Assembly (NCBI GenBank): GCA_951406725.2
Contig: OX597816.1
Span: 60,264,001 to 60,328,000, forward strand
Source of the DNA: Octopus vulgaris
Taxonomy: Eukaryota
Length of the DNA: 64,000 nucleotides
Reading direction: 5' to 3'
The stretch's first letter is position 1, and every line of letters starts with the position of its first letter. The notes below the pieces were generated by a model. It was not told where the DNA came from, made no database searches, and worked only from the letters and a program-made list of their open reading frames with translations. The position numbers and the translations under genes were made by a program. Below, in pieces: positions 1 to 13,254 of the stretch.

Positions 1-155
1 TGGGGATAATTATTCTGAGTATAAGTAAATTGTCGAATTTCATCATGAATTTTGTTGCGTTTGTTGTTATTTCATTAGCTAGTGTGGTGTGAAGTGATAA
101 TTTCATACAATGTGAGGGAGTTGTGTCATTTCATTGGGTGACAAATTCATTGGGT

Positions 156-563
156 CTCTTTTACTCTTTTACTTGTTTCAGTCATTTGACTGCGGCCATG
201 CTGGAGCACTGCCTTTAGTCGAGCAAATCGACCTCAGGACTTATTCTTTGTAAGCCTAGTACTTATTCTATCGGTCTCTTTTGCTGAATTGCTAAGCTAT
301 GGAGGACATAAACACACCAGCATCAGTTGTCAAGCGATATTGGGGGTGAGGGACAAACACAGACACACAAACACACACACATACATATACATATATATGA
401 CGGGCTTCTTTTAGTTTCCGTCTAACAAATCCACTCACTAGGCTTTGGTCGGCCCGAGGCTATAGTAGAAAACACTTACCCAAGGTGCCATGCAATGGTA
501 CTGAACCCGGGACCATGTGGTTGGTAAGCAAGCTACTTACCACACAGCCACTCTTGCACCTAT
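156..563 (-). mobile_element. tRNA-derived SINE family A, full-length, central (TA/TG)n tract
   Basis: On the minus strand: A-box-like TGGCTGTGTGG and B-box-like GGTTCAGT head, CORE-like 'ccttgggtaagtg', internal microsatellite, and 3' end 'gctccagcatggccgcagtcaaatgactgaaacaagtaaaagag'. More than 20 related copies in the window. Confidence 0.85.
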
Positions 564-629
564 AGCATAGGTGTATGTCTTTTGTGTGCAGAGAGTGAAA
601 TGTTTGGGACTATGTTGATCAGAACTATA

Positions 630-1700
630 ATTTGTCCAGCTTTATGTTCTGAGTTCTAATTCTGCTGAGGCCAACTTTGCCTTTCATCCTCTCAGGGTCA
701 AGAAAATGAGCATGAAATGAGTATGAAATGAGTATTGAGGTCGATATTGTTACGGAATCACCCGTCATCGTCGCCCGTCCCGAACGGCTCACACAAGTTC
801 CGCCACGGAGCCCGGAGAGAGGAGATACAGATAGATACTGCCACAACCTCAACAGCACAGAGATACGGAGGCACAACCCGAGATACAACCCAAAGAGGCA
901 AGGCAACAACTGGCAACACTGGCTTATATTCAAACAACAGTTTATACGACAATTACAATTGTTACAACATCAAGATACATCAAAGCATGCACGTGACTAC
1001 TCAATACATAATACAACAGCATTTCGAGAGTACAACTCAAAGCATAATACAACATTATGTAACAATTCAAGAGTACACGTCCCAAGACAACAGTTCTTTA
1101 AAGTCTCTTCCTAAACATCACAATCAACAAGTCCTTTACTCTTCTTCTTCACAATGTCCTTTATCGACCACATCGACAGAGTCCTTGACTGTTCTTTTCA
1201 CTGTTCAATACACCGTGACACATATCAATGCACAAACACATACCTCAATTCCTAATTGAATCTGCCAGTGTCCCATTCCTCTCAATCCTGCCAATTCCTC
1301 TGAATACTGCTAATTCCCCTCTGTGCCGCCAAGCTTTCTCGCATCCAACTTGCTCCTAAGAATTCCAATGCTTGCTCCTTAAATCCAAGGTCCGTCTGTC
1401 TTCCTCGAGGACCGGCCAGCGACTGCAAGTCTGCTGCCTATCACCCTCTCACGACAGCTCTCAGATCCTTTAATCTGTCTTCCTCTTCACTTCTTCAAGG
1501 GGTGCTTAGAATGACCTCCAATTCACCCGAATCTGACAGGACAATGGGTTTATCCTAATGTAGGTCACTGGGACATACTACACTGGCTAACCCAGGTCAC
1601 TGGGACATACTACACTAGCTAAGCCTGTAACAATATAATCAACTTATCCCCTCCTCCAAAATTGCTGGCCCAGTGCCAAAATTTGGAGCCATTATTATCC
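630..1700 (+). mobile_element. SINE family B copy, split by a solo LTR
   Basis: Motif 'gttctgagttctaattc...ctttcatcctctcagggtc...gaggtcgatat|aatcaacttatcccc...attgctggcccagtgccaaaatttg'. Related copies at about 1715-1920, 2570-2790, 9915-10120(-), 10680-10845, 17290-17700(-), 48110-48310(-). Confidence 0.7.
748..1632. mobile_element. Solo LTR, 885 bp, probably Ty3/Gypsy-type
   Basis: Termini TGTTAC...GTAACA. 4-bp target-site duplication ATAT (744-747, 1633-1636). Removing it restores the SINE-B sequence 'gaggtcgatataatcaac'. Internal ~32-bp tandem duplication at 1562-1622. Confidence 0.8.
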
Positions 1701-1920
1701 TTATGGATCCAAAGTGGCAAGCTGGTAAAATTGCTTGTATGCCAGACAAAATGCTTAGTGGTATTTCTACCAGCTTTTTATTGTTCAGAATCCAAATTTT
1801 GTGAAGGTCAACTTAGCTTTTCAGCATCAATAAAAAAAATACCTGTTGAACACTGGGGTTGATGTAATCAACTCAACCCTTCCATTAAGAATGTTGGCCT
1901 TGTTCCAAAATTTGATATCA

Positions 1921-2490
1921 TTGTTATTATTATTGAGTGAGAGAGCAGTGCATGCCATCGAAGTGACACTGGGGTAAAATATACAAAGTCCAGTATACCC
2001 ATCATGACTATCCGTCTGATAAGGGTACACTAGGCACATGCATCACAACCACATGTGCACGACATGGTGATCTTATATGATGATAAACAGTGCATGACCT
2101 TGCAGGTGGAGCCAAGTAAGAATTTTCTTCTGGTCGAGTAGCCCATCTACTCAAAAGGTCCCTGAAAAAGGACTGTTTAAGGATGTTGAACAGAACACCC
2201 ATGTTTCCAAAGGTGAATTATCCAAACCCCAAAGAATTCCTCAACACATGGCTATGATGTTCTCCCACTACTTCTGCATATGATCAAAGATGCACATATT
2301 ATCAGCCACTAAGGGACATGCTCAACCAGTTAGGGTCAAACAACTGACAAGCAAATCTGTGGTATTGAGCAGAATATTTGCTGTAGCCCATCTTTTATAC
2401 CAAGACAAAACAATGTACATGATAACACTTCCAATCAGTTAAGTTGAGAAGCCATGAGAGCCACTGCCTAGTACTACATCAGGGCATGTA
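1921..2490 (-). mobile_element. Retroposon family C, ~550 bp with (TAA)n tail; SINE or LINE 3' UTR
   Basis: Near-colinear reverse complement of 10123-10670. Ends 'gcactgctctctcactcaataataat'. Confidence 0.7.
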
Positions 2491-2527
<37 letters not shown>

Positions 2528-3089
2528 CAGCAGCAGCAGCAGCATCATCATTATTAACATCATCCTAGTTGGAAAAATGGCAGAATTGTTAGTGTATTGG
2601 ACAAAATGCTTTGTGGTGTTTCTTCCGCTCTTTATGTTCTGAGTTCAAATTCCACCAAGATCGTCTTTGTCTTTCATCTTTTCAGGGTCAATAAAATAAA
2701 TATGAACTGAGCACTAGGGTTAATTTAATCACCTCAAACATCTCTTGCTAAAAATTGCTGGCCTTGTGCCAAAATTTGAAACCATTATTGATATCATTCT
2801 TCATATTTTTGCCTTTAAGACAGAAGAAACAGAGGAAGTACCAGACTAAATGCCATTTGGTATTTAGTTTTATGCCAATCCATATCCCATAACCAACAAG
2901 AGTCAATAAAATAAAAGTTAGTCTTGTAGTGCCTGCAAACTCATGGCCTTGTGCAAATGGAATAAACCACTGTCACTGGTGCTTGGTTAGTGTAACAGCT
3001 TTATGGACCAAGTGTCTTTCAAGTATCCTTTGTCTTATCATGCGACATCAAGTGGTTGAATTTTCAGTCTATCACAACCAACACACTCA

Positions 3090-3385
3090 TATACACACAC
3101 ACACACGTCTGTACACACAGACACACACATATACGTATATGAACGTATGTGTGTATTTGTATACACACACACACACACACACACATGGTTGTACACACAA
3201 ACACACACATATACATATATGTACGCATGTGTGTATTTGTACACTCACACACACACACACACACGTATGTACACACAAACACTCACATATACGTATATGT
3301 ATGCATGTGTGTATTTGTATATACACACACACACACACACGTATGTACACATGTGTGTATTTGTATACACACACACACACACATC
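3090..3385. repeat. Higher-order compound microsatellite, ~65-bp unit x4-5
   Basis: Repeated unit '(ac)n gtatgtacacacaaacacacacatatacgtatatgtatgcatgtgtgtatttgtat'. Confidence 0.8.
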
Positions 3386-4841
3386 TATATACTGATATAT
3401 ATGTATTATACATTTACTTACGTAGACACAGATACACAGATATACACACACACACACTTATATGTATATCAGATATATTGCTGTCAGCACAATTCAGTGA
3501 AATGTCTCTACATAAACTTAGGTGTGATTACAGCAGCTGGTTTTGTTTTCCTAAGTGTCCAGAATGATTTGAGGAAGATCACTGACGCAGAGAATAGAGA
3601 AGTGGGGCTGGTAACAGATCTCTAAAAGGTATTTGGGTTGAGGAATCTGGGAATTAGAGCAGCAAACAATAAGCTATGGTTGATTGAAAATAAATAGATA
3701 TTTGTTATAGGTATAGCTATAAGAAAGGTTGACCTATTGTTTAACAGTAAGCTTGCTGTGACCAAGTAGACCTTTCTTTGCTAAAAGATATTCCAGCTAT
3801 GGCAATCACACTATTTGTTTTTTACAAGTATAGCTTATTCCATACTGTTCTACTCAGTGTCATGTTCCTTTTCTGAGATGGTATCATGTAATTTAAGGAC
3901 ATAATTATTATTGTCATCATTGTTTTCATGTCTACTAACATCAGTGATATTGGCATGCAGCTGGCAAGCCCTTGAAACCCTGAAAATAGGGGCTTTATGC
4001 TAGTAGATGAAAGTTTATGTATGTAAGAAGGACATGAAACAGAGCAGGTTGTAATTGTAGAGGAGTTACATGGCCCTCACATTTAGAAGTGAGTTAGAAA
4101 TGAATGATTGATAGTTGCAAAGAGACAAATAGTGGTGATAAGCTGTCCAGGTGGCACCTCAAGGTATAAGGTAATTAGAAGTGAATGGGGACAGAGAAAC
4201 TAGGAGTGGGTGGGAGCTTGTAAGAATGTATTGAGAGAAAAAGACAGGGAAATGGGAGGCAGGAACCCCCTGTAAGAATTGGATAGGGTTGAAGAGTGGA
4301 GGCAGTGGGGGAGAGGAGATTACCATTTGTGCCTTGATTGGGAGGTAATAATAATTTTTGTTATAGGTACAAGGCCTAATTTAAAAAAAAATTTTATTGG
4401 GTGATGGTGGCAATCAATCAAAGCAGCTCCAGTGCTCAACTATTACTTTTTTTATCAAACACCTTTTATAAAGGCGGTGCTCCAGCATGGCCACAGTCAA
4501 ATGACTGAAACAAGTAAAGGAGTAAACCCAAAAGGATGTCAGGCAAAATCAACCTTGGTGGCATTTGAACTCAAATGTAAAGAGCTGGAAGAAATACCAC
4601 TAACCATTTTGTCTGGTACAGTAACAATTCTGCCAACTTGCCTCCTTATGATTTCTTATAATAATAGCATCATTCCCAGTATAACACCAACAGTGGGCGT
4701 TGTTTATGGTAGCTCTACTTTACTTATAAAATACAAGATGTGGACAAGGTTTGACTTAAACAGACTGATAAATTTATCAGTTTGCCTAACCCTCAACAAA
4801 AATGTTTGTAATGGAACTCAAAACCCCATATTTCTTTAGTG

Positions 4842-4876
<35 letters not shown>

Positions 4877-5103
4877 GGAGACTTCATGAAGATAAGAAAT
4901 ACTTGCGGAATAGAATAAAAATATAAACGAAAGAGTAAACATGGGTTTTATGTTACTTCCGATACAAACAAGTCCAAGAGAAATTTGTTGAGATGTTGGT
5001 TAGAGCAATTTAGGAATTATAAATTGTTGACAGAAGCAACTATGATAAATGATATTTAGCATATAAGTGTGTCTGTCTATCTCTCTCTCTCTCTTTCTCT
5101 CTG

Positions 5104-5147
<44 letters not shown>

Positions 5148-5219
5148 CATATATATATATGTATATACATATATACATACACACATATATATATACATAT
5201 CTATATACATATATATATG

Positions 5220-5258
<39 letters not shown>

Positions 5259-5684
5259 GTGTATGTATATATGACACAACTCTGTATACCTTCATACAGA
5301 AGCATACATAAATGCAGACAGATGAATGTTATACTGCAAAAGCAAATTAAATCGAGAGCAAATCTGTTACTTCAAACATGCTAAAACATACACGAGCTAG
5401 ACTTAATCTAAATTCTGTAGAAAAAAAAAAAAAAAAATAGAAAAAATGTAATAAAAAAATAGAAATTTTAAAAAATGAGGAAATTCATGTAATGTGAAAT
5501 GGTAAACAAGTAGAATGCTGTTGAAATGAGAAGAATGAGAGTTTAAAATATGAGATAAACTTAACAAGATGAGATGTGAAGAGAGCAAAGAAAGCAACAT
5601 TCAGTTGCCAACAGAAACTAGATTAATTGGAAAAGTACTTAGTTCTACGACTAAAAGACTATGGTTTTGGTAATTTGTGCATTA

Positions 5685-5728
<44 letters not shown>

Positions 5729-6035
5729 TTCTATTTTTAGAACAGCATTTCAAAAGTTGAGGGTTTGGATCTTTATAGGATTTTATGGTCTACAATAAGA
5801 AAGAAAATCTTATTGGTGAATTTATTGAAAAGAAAAATCAAACGGAAATGAAGGAGAATAAAAGAGCAAGGAATCTGAGTGAAATTATGGTCAAGGACAC
5901 ATACATAACTAAATGGTTAAAAAGTTCACTTCACAATCAAATGGTTCCAGAATTAATCCCAGTGTGAGACAACTTAGGTAAGTATTGACCCAGTAAGCAT
6001 GGAAAACTGGATATTTAAATATTGATGAATTCTCT

Positions 6036-6374
6036 CATGGCTCAGTGGTTAGAGCGTCGAGCTTACGATCGTGAGGTTGTGAGCTCGAATCCCGGACGGG
6101 GCTGCGTGTTGTGTTCTTGAGCAAGGCACTTTATTTCACGTTGCTCCAGTTCACTCAGCTGTAGAAATGAGTTGCGACGTCACAGGTGCCAAGCTGTATC
6201 GGCCCTTGCCTTTCCCTTGGACAACATCGGTGACGTGGAGAGGGGAGGCCGGTATGCATGGGCGACTGCTGGTCTTCCATAAAACAACCTTGCCCAGACT
6301 TGTGCCTCAGAGGGTATCTCTCTAGGTGCAAACCCATGGTCAGTGCCTGACCGAAGGGGGTCTTTACCCTTTAC
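6036..6374 (+). mobile_element. tRNA-derived SINE family D
   Basis: A box TGGCTCAGTGG, B-box-like GCTCGAATCC, CORE-like 'ttgagcaaggcacttta', tail 'tttaccctttac'. CpG-rich, so probably young. Second copy at 45958-46278; related heads at 29020-29260 and 29295-29375. Confidence 0.8.
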
Positions 6375-6390
6375 TTCAGCAAGTGCCTAT

Positions 6391-6434
6391 ACTTCACTGA
6401 TGAGGTCATAATATGACTGAAACATGCTTGAAGT
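6391..6434 (+). ncRNA. Decayed minimal hammerhead ribozyme motif (Penelope-type)
   Basis: ACTTCA-CTGATGA-GGTCAT aat ATGACT-GAAA-CATG-CT-TGAAGT: 6-bp stem I, intact CUGAUGA and GAAA, 6-bp stem II, palindromic CAUG in place of helix III. Position U16.1 is C. Confidence 0.6.
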
Positions 6435-6554
6435 TGTCTTCCATTTGTGCTGAATACTTTTCATATCATAACATGTGGGGTTTTATTCACACTAGGCACC
6501 AAAGTGTGTTTGTATTGTACTCAACTCAGTTTTCATGTCAATCTTCATCTGTAG

Positions 6555-6775
6555 CCATAAATGTCGGATAATGACTAAAAGAGTACAATCATGAAAACAA
6601 ATGACTGAAATGGAGTTCTTTTGAAGAATCTCTTGGGTAATATTACGAGGTGAACAGCTCAGAGATCAGGGAGTTTCTCCATATTGAAAGATTGTAGTTC
6701 TGGTACTATGGACATGAGATTAGAATGTCAGAGGAAAGAATCACAAAAGAGATTCTTCAAGGTGAGCCAACTGAG
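6555..6775 (+). pseudogene. Degenerate RTE-clade LINE ORF C-terminal fragment
   Basis: Translates with stops as EMEFF*RISW...EIREFLHIERL*FWYYGHEIRMSEERITKEIL, resembling the RTE motifs EMRFLRRI and LRWYGHV.RM. Confidence 0.5.
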
Positions 6776-7990
6776 TAAAATATAATAGGTACTCATCATC
6801 ACCATCATTGTTTAATGTCTGTTTTCCATGTTGGCATAGGTTGGACAGCTTGACAGGAGCTGGTGAGGTCAGGGGCTGCACCAAGCTCTATAGTCTGTTT
6901 TCAGTTTGGTTTCTGCTGGTGGATGCTTTTCCTAATGCCAACCACTGTACAGAATGTACTGGATGCTTTTTACATAACGTCATCACTAGTACTTTTTACA
7001 TGGCACCTTGGCTTTAGAATATCAGTTATTTGTGGCGAGCAGTGTTGAAATAAGTAAAATAGCATCAGTCATTAAATTAGTTAAATGATAACTCTTTCTC
7101 TCTACTGAATTAAACAATAACTATTTCCTCAATCTTCTTTACACACATATTTTTCTGACATTTTAATGTCACTACTTAATAAAAGTATATTTTCCTCACA
7201 AACAATGAAGGCATGGCAGTGTTGTTAAGAAGATTGCCTTTCAACCACATGGTTTTGGTCCAATCCCACTGCATGGCACCTTGAGCAAGTGTATTTTATT
7301 GTAGCCTCAGGATAGCCAAACCCTTGTGGATGTACAGGATCATGACACTTACCTCAGCAGAATCTAACTTAAACTAGCTGATGGCACATAGCTAAAACAC
7401 TCGCAAAACTACTCAAAATGAAGCCTCTGTGTAATAAATTGATTTGTTAGAAATACCAACCAAATCTCTCCCAAATCAGACTCTATTATCTTTTAAAGAA
7501 TCTGTGTAGTTTGGAGAATACACCAAATAGCTTTGAGCAGTTCTTGATACAGAATGTCTGATAAACCAGATGGCCATGGCTTGAACAACTCTGTTACAGG
7601 TCTGCTAGAATGCTCTTGATTGTAGATCAGGGCTGAACTTCTGACATTCCATGAAAGTTGCAAACGAGTTTCACTGTCATACAAGCAGTGTCATTAATTT
7701 CCAATATTCTGCAAACACGTGTTTGACCATTGGGAAATATTCCTTGCTTGGAAACAGGTGAAGGTTGGTGATAAGAAAGCTATTCAGTCATAGAAAACCT
7801 GTCTCAAAAAACCCTGTTTGACCCATGCAAGCGTGGAAGAGTGGACCTTTGAAGGATGATGATATAATTTTTAAGTTACAGGAAAAAGAAATATCATAAC
7901 TCACCAAAAATATGACAGCACAGACAAATGAAGTCAGGGCTGACTTAAGGTTAAACAACAAGAATATTGTCACAACAGCAATCCATAGAC

Positions 7991-8131
7991 CAGTATTGGG
8001 CAACCTGCAGCCTACAGGACTTTCTGAATGCCTAACAAAAAGTTACCTTGAATTTTTTTTATTGTACAGCCCATCTGATGATGAGCAATGTCTCATGTAG
8101 CTTGCTTCTTGAAAAAGGTTTCTCATCACTG
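7991..8131. mobile_element. hAT-type MITE, 141 bp
   Basis: CAGT...ACTG termini with imperfect TIRs (cagtattgggcaacc / ggtttctcatcactg). Perfect 8-bp TSD CCATAGAC (7983-7990, 8132-8139). Confidence 0.75.
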
Positions 8132-8952
8132 CCATAGACTGTAATTGTTGTACTTCCTCTTCTGGCATGGAGTGAGCTGAAATTACTACAGCTATGTTCA
8201 GATGCTGATTCTCTTCAAAGCGAAGATCTACTCACATTAAAATCTTGCTCACATATTTGGAGTGATGTCACAAGATTTTGGACCAAATAACTTAGTCAGT
8301 CACAGCATTTGTTGATAATGAATAAATTAGAAAATAGATTACTTAAAAATAAAAGTAAAAAGTAACAAATAAGAAAAAAAGTAAACAGAAACAGAAATTC
8401 CATTAACGAACATTTTATTTTGATGGAAATGTTTGTAAAACTGTCATTTTGTCAAGTTTAAGCTATACTGTCCCTCACCATTATTGGAAAGTAAGACATA
8501 TTATTGTTCTGGGTTTCTTTTGCAAATCAGTTTATATGAATTGACAGATATAAAAACAAAAATATCAAAGTTAAAGAACTGCATGATTCCAGATTATAGA
8601 ATTGGTCACACACACACAAAGCAATCATTCACACCAGTATGTGTGTATGTGCACATATATTCAAACATATACATACACGTGTTCATTGAAGTGCACATAA
8701 ATAAGTATCTGCATACATCTGCACAAACATATACATCCGCATACACATGCTACTATGCATAAATGCATGTGTATAAACAAACGCACACACATGCACAAGA
8801 TGCAAAACATGTATGCACACATTCAGCCACATGCGCGCACACGCACACATACACACACAGACCTACGCACACAGACACATATATTGCAGATATGTAAACA
8901 AGCACGCAATCACACGCAGACATACATTACATTCTCATACATCACATACATT

Positions 8953-9368
8953 CAGGTGCAGGAGTGGCTGTGTGGTAAGTAGCTTGCTTACCAACCACAT
9001 GGTTCCGGGTTCATTCCCACTGCGTGGCACCTTGGGCAAGTGCCTTCTACTATAGCCTCAAGCTGACCAAAGCCTTGCGAGTGGATTTGGTAGAGGGAAA
9101 CTGTAAAAAGCCTGTTGTATATATGTATATATATATATGTATGGGTGTATATACGTTTGTGTGTCTGTGTTTGCCCCCCCCCCCCACATCGCTTGACAAC
9201 TGATGCTGGTGTGTTTACGTCCCCGTAACTTAGTGGTTCAGCAGAAGAGACTGATAGAATAAGTACTAGGCTTCCAAAGAATAAGTCCTGGGGTCAATTT
9301 GCTCGACTAAAAGTGGTGCTCCAGCATGGCCGCAGTAAAATGACTGAAACAAGCAAAAGAGATAAAGA
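8953..9368 (+). mobile_element. SINE family A, full-length
   Basis: Head, central microsatellite and tail all match family A. Confidence 0.85.
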
Positions 9369-9609
9369 GATTCACACACCACACATACAGCTTACATATT
9401 TACATTACACATACATACAAGCACACAAGCATTTACACACATACTTCAAGAAATTCAACAGTATGTCTGAAGAAGTTGATTATTTTGGAAATGCATTTTA
9501 TTTGTTTCCGATTGTATTGGATAGGATGTCTTGAGTTAATGATTCTCCTCCCCTTCCTTCCTCTCCCTATCTCTCTCCCCCTCCTCTTTGTTTGTGTCTC
9601 CACCTTCCT

Positions 9610-9664
<55 letters not shown>

Positions 9665-9830
9665 AACCCTCCCCAACATTCTCTCTCCCCACACAGCTTG
9701 TCTGTCTCTGATAGTTTTGTTTTTCACTGAAAACAAATTTTTTAATGAAATAAATCACTAGTTGTGATTAGGCCTAAAAAATTATTTGAAATTATCAGAA
9801 ATGTAATTAAAAGAAATTAACAAATATTTT

Positions 9831-9871
<41 letters not shown>

Positions 9872-10122
9872 TAATTATTATTATTATTATTATTATCATT
9901 ATTATTTTCTATTCTAGGCACAAGGCCTTGAAAATTTTTGAAGGGAAGGGGACTAGTCAATTACATCGACCTCAGTGCCTAACTGGTACTTATTTCATTG
10001 ACCCTGAAAGGATGAAAGGCAAAGTTATCTTCAGAGGAATTTGAACACAGAACATAGCAGCAGATGAAATACTGCTAAGCATTTCACCTGGCATGCTAAT
10101 AATTCTGCCATCTTTCGCCTTA

Positions 10123-10670
10123 GTGGCTCTCATGGCTTCTGATCTTAACTGATTGGAAGTGTTATCATGTACATTATTTTGTTTTGGTATAAAAGATGGG
10201 CTAACAGCAAATATTCTGCTCAATACCACAGATTTGCTTGTCGGTTGCTTGACCGTAACCAGTTGACCCTGTCCCTTAGTGGCTGACGATATGTGCATCT
10301 CTGATCACGAGCAGAAGTAGTTGGGGAGCATCATAGCCATGTGTTGAGAGGAATTCTTTGTGGTTTGGATAATTCACCTTTGGAAACATGGATGTTTCAT
10401 TCAACATCCTTAAACAATCCTTATTCAGGGACCTTTTCAGCTAGATGGGTTACTCGACCAGAAGAAAATTCTAATTGGGCCCCACCTGCAAGGTCATGCG
10501 CTGTTAATCTTGATATGAGATCACCATGTCTTGCATTTATGGTTGTGATACATGTGCCTAGTGTACCCTTATCACATGGTTAGTTATGATGGGTATACTG
10601 GACTTTGTATATTTTACTCCAGTGTCACTTCAATGGCATGCACTGCTCTCTCACTCAATATTAATAATAA
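10123..10670 (+). mobile_element. Retroposon family C
   Basis: Reverse complement of 1921-2490, with (TAA)n-like tail. Confidence 0.7.
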
Positions 10671-11032
10671 TATCAACAATTCTTTAAAGTGTCTTTATGT
10701 TCTGAGTTCAAATTCCACCAAAGTCGACATTTCCTTTCATCCTTTTGGGGATGGATAAATTAAGTACCAGTTGCATACTGGAGTCAATCTAATCAACTGG
10801 CCCCACCTCCCAAAAATTTCGGGCCTTGTGCCTAGAGTAGAAAAGAATATTAATGGTTCTTTGTAATTTTGGCACAAGGCCAACAATTTTGATGGAAGAA
10901 TGTAAGTCAATTACACTGACCCCAGTATTTAACTGGTACATTATTTTTAAGCAGACCACTTCCCCAGTAGAAAACTTTAAAAAGAATAGTTTAATTACTG
11001 TTAATTTATCAGAAGTTTTATAATATATAAAG

Positions 11033-11330
11033 TCATCATCATCATCGTTTAACGTCCGCTTTCCATGCTAGCATGGGTTGGACGATTGACTGACAATTTG
11101 ACTGAGGACTGGCAAGCCAGATGGCTGCACCAGGTTCCAATCTGATCTGGCAGAGTTTCTACAGCTGGGTGCCCTTCCTAACACCAACCACTCCAAGTGT
11201 GTAGTGGGTGCTTTTACATGCCACCAGCATGAGGGCCAGTCAGGCGGTACTGGCAACAGCCATGCTCAAATGGTGTTTTTTAAGTGCCACCTGCACAGGA
11301 GTTAGTCCAACGGTACTGGCAACAACCTCA
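11033..11330 (-). mobile_element. RTE-LINE 3' end / RTE-tail repeat (family E)
   Basis: Plus strand reads 'catcatcatcgtttaacgtccgctttccatgctagcatggg', i.e. a (GAT)n tail on minus. Other copies at 6813-7010(-), 27418-27556(-), 54476-54730(-), 63370-63465(+). Confidence 0.7.
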
Positions 11331-11342
11331 CTTTTTTTTAAG

Positions 11343-11524
11343 TCAAAGAAATCAATCCCCAGGCTTATTATTTTAAGCCTAGTACTTATTCTTTCAGTCT
11401 CTTTTACTGAACTGCTAAGTTACGGGGGAGTAAACACAGCAACATCAGTTGTTAAGCAATGGTGGAGGGACAAACACGGACACAAAGATACACACACATA
11501 AATACATACATGTACATACATACA

Positions 11525-11558
<34 letters not shown>

Positions 11559-11567
11559 CATACATAT

Positions 11568-11599
<32 letters not shown>

Positions 11600-11757
11600 G
11601 ATGAGCTTCTTTAAGTTTCCATCTATAAATCCACCCGCAAGGCTTTGCTAGTCCCAAGCCTATTGTAGAAGACACTTGCCCAAGGTTCCATGTAGTGTGA
11701 CTGAGCCCAGAACCATGTGGCTGGGTAGCAAGCTTCTTACCACACAGCCACACCTAT
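11343..11757 (-). mobile_element. SINE family A, 3'-truncated, with (TATG)n core
   Basis: Matches family A on the minus strand. Confidence 0.75.
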
Positions 11758-12066
11758 ATATATATATATATAATATATATATACATATATATATATATAT
11801 AATATATATATACACACACACATAGAAGGTTGATTGCTATGGCTGGTCAGAGTGACAGTTGCTTTTGAAGTTACATAGTACTTAGCTGTATAGGCAACTT
11901 GTCGGACTCAAAAGGCTTGAGGCATATAACTTTTCTATGCTTTATAGGTGTGAATCCAATGGTCATTTTCTGTCTAGCCATAACAATCAACCTTCTACTA
12001 TGAATACATTCCTGCTCTAATGTTTATTTGAATATATGAACTACTGACAATACATATGTGTGTGTG

Positions 12067-12100
<34 letters not shown>

Positions 12101-12103
<3 letters not shown>

Positions 12104-12655
12104 TCATCATCATCATCGTTTAACATCCATTTTCCATGCTAGCATGGGTTGGACGTTTCAACCGGGGTCTGGGAAGCCAGGGGGCTGCACCAGGCTCCAG
12201 TCTGATCTGGCAGTGTTTCTACAGCTGGATGCTCTTCCAAATGCCAAGCACTCCATGAGTGTAGTGGGTGCTTTTTATGTGCCAGGTGAGGCTGGCAGCA
12301 GCCGCGTTCGGATGGTGCTTTTTACATGCTACTGGCATGGGTATCACAACTACAATTTCCATTTGATTTTGATATACTTGATTCAATAGGTCTCTTCAAG
12401 CACAGCAGGTCACCCTACAATCCAAGGTAAACACAGCCGGCCATCCTGCAAGCTTTGAACTCACTTCATTTGTCAGGTCTTCGCAATCACAGCATATCTC
12501 CAGAGGTCTCGATCTTTCGTCATTGCCTCTGTGAGGCCCAACGTTCAAAGGTCATGCTTGACCATCTCATCCCATGTCTTCCTGGGTCTACTTCTACACC
12601 AGATTCCTTTACCTGTTTGGGAGTGACACTTCTTCACACATCTCTCCTCATCCAT
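12101..12655 (-). mobile_element. RTE-clade LINE 3' fragment including the ORF end
   Basis: Minus strand encodes ...RSRPRKTWDEMVKHDL..., like the RTE C-terminal RGRP..W motif. Followed by the family-E 3' UTR and (GAT)n tail. Confidence 0.7.
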
Positions 12656-12688
12656 CAATAGTACATATATATATATATATATATATAT

Positions 12689-12732
<44 letters not shown>

Positions 12733-13083
12733 CAGGTATGGCTGTGTGGTAAGAAATTTGCTTCTCAGCCACATGGTTCTTGGTTCAATCACACAACATT
12801 GCACCTTGGGCAAGTGGCTTCAACTGTAGCACCAGGCCGACCAAAGACTTGTAAGTGGATTGGTAGAATCCCATTGTGTGTGTGTATGATCTATATGTAT
12901 ACGTGTTTGTGTTTGACCACTACTGCTGCTTGACAACTTGTTTATGTACTTGTAACTTAGTGGTTCAACAAAAGAGTGTGATAAAATAAGTACCAGGCAT
13001 GAGAAAGAGGGGAAAATGTACTGGAATTGATTTGTGCAACTAAACCTTTAAAGGTGGTGCCCCAGCATGGCTGCAGTATAATG
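12733..13083 (+). mobile_element. Diverged SINE family A
   Basis: Head 'tggctgtgtggtaag' and tail 'cccagcatggctgcagt'. Confidence 0.65.
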
Positions 13084-13254
13084 TATTATCTAGTTGGTTT
13101 GGTGCATCACACCAGCCCTGCTTTTAAGATGAAATTATTTCAACAATACTTTTACACAAGACTGCTGTGAAAGTATAATGTTGATCTCAATAGATTACTG
13201 ATGCTAATTTTATTGAAGAAATGACTGAAAAATGGAGCTGATACTCTCAGCTGT

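Noticed and set aside
625-1259. Overlapping 100-170-aa ORFs
   Set aside because: They lie mostly inside a solo LTR with skewed composition and show no recognisable domain.
6036-6100. tRNA gene
   Set aside because: A/B boxes continue into a repeated SINE body and there is no complete acceptor stem.
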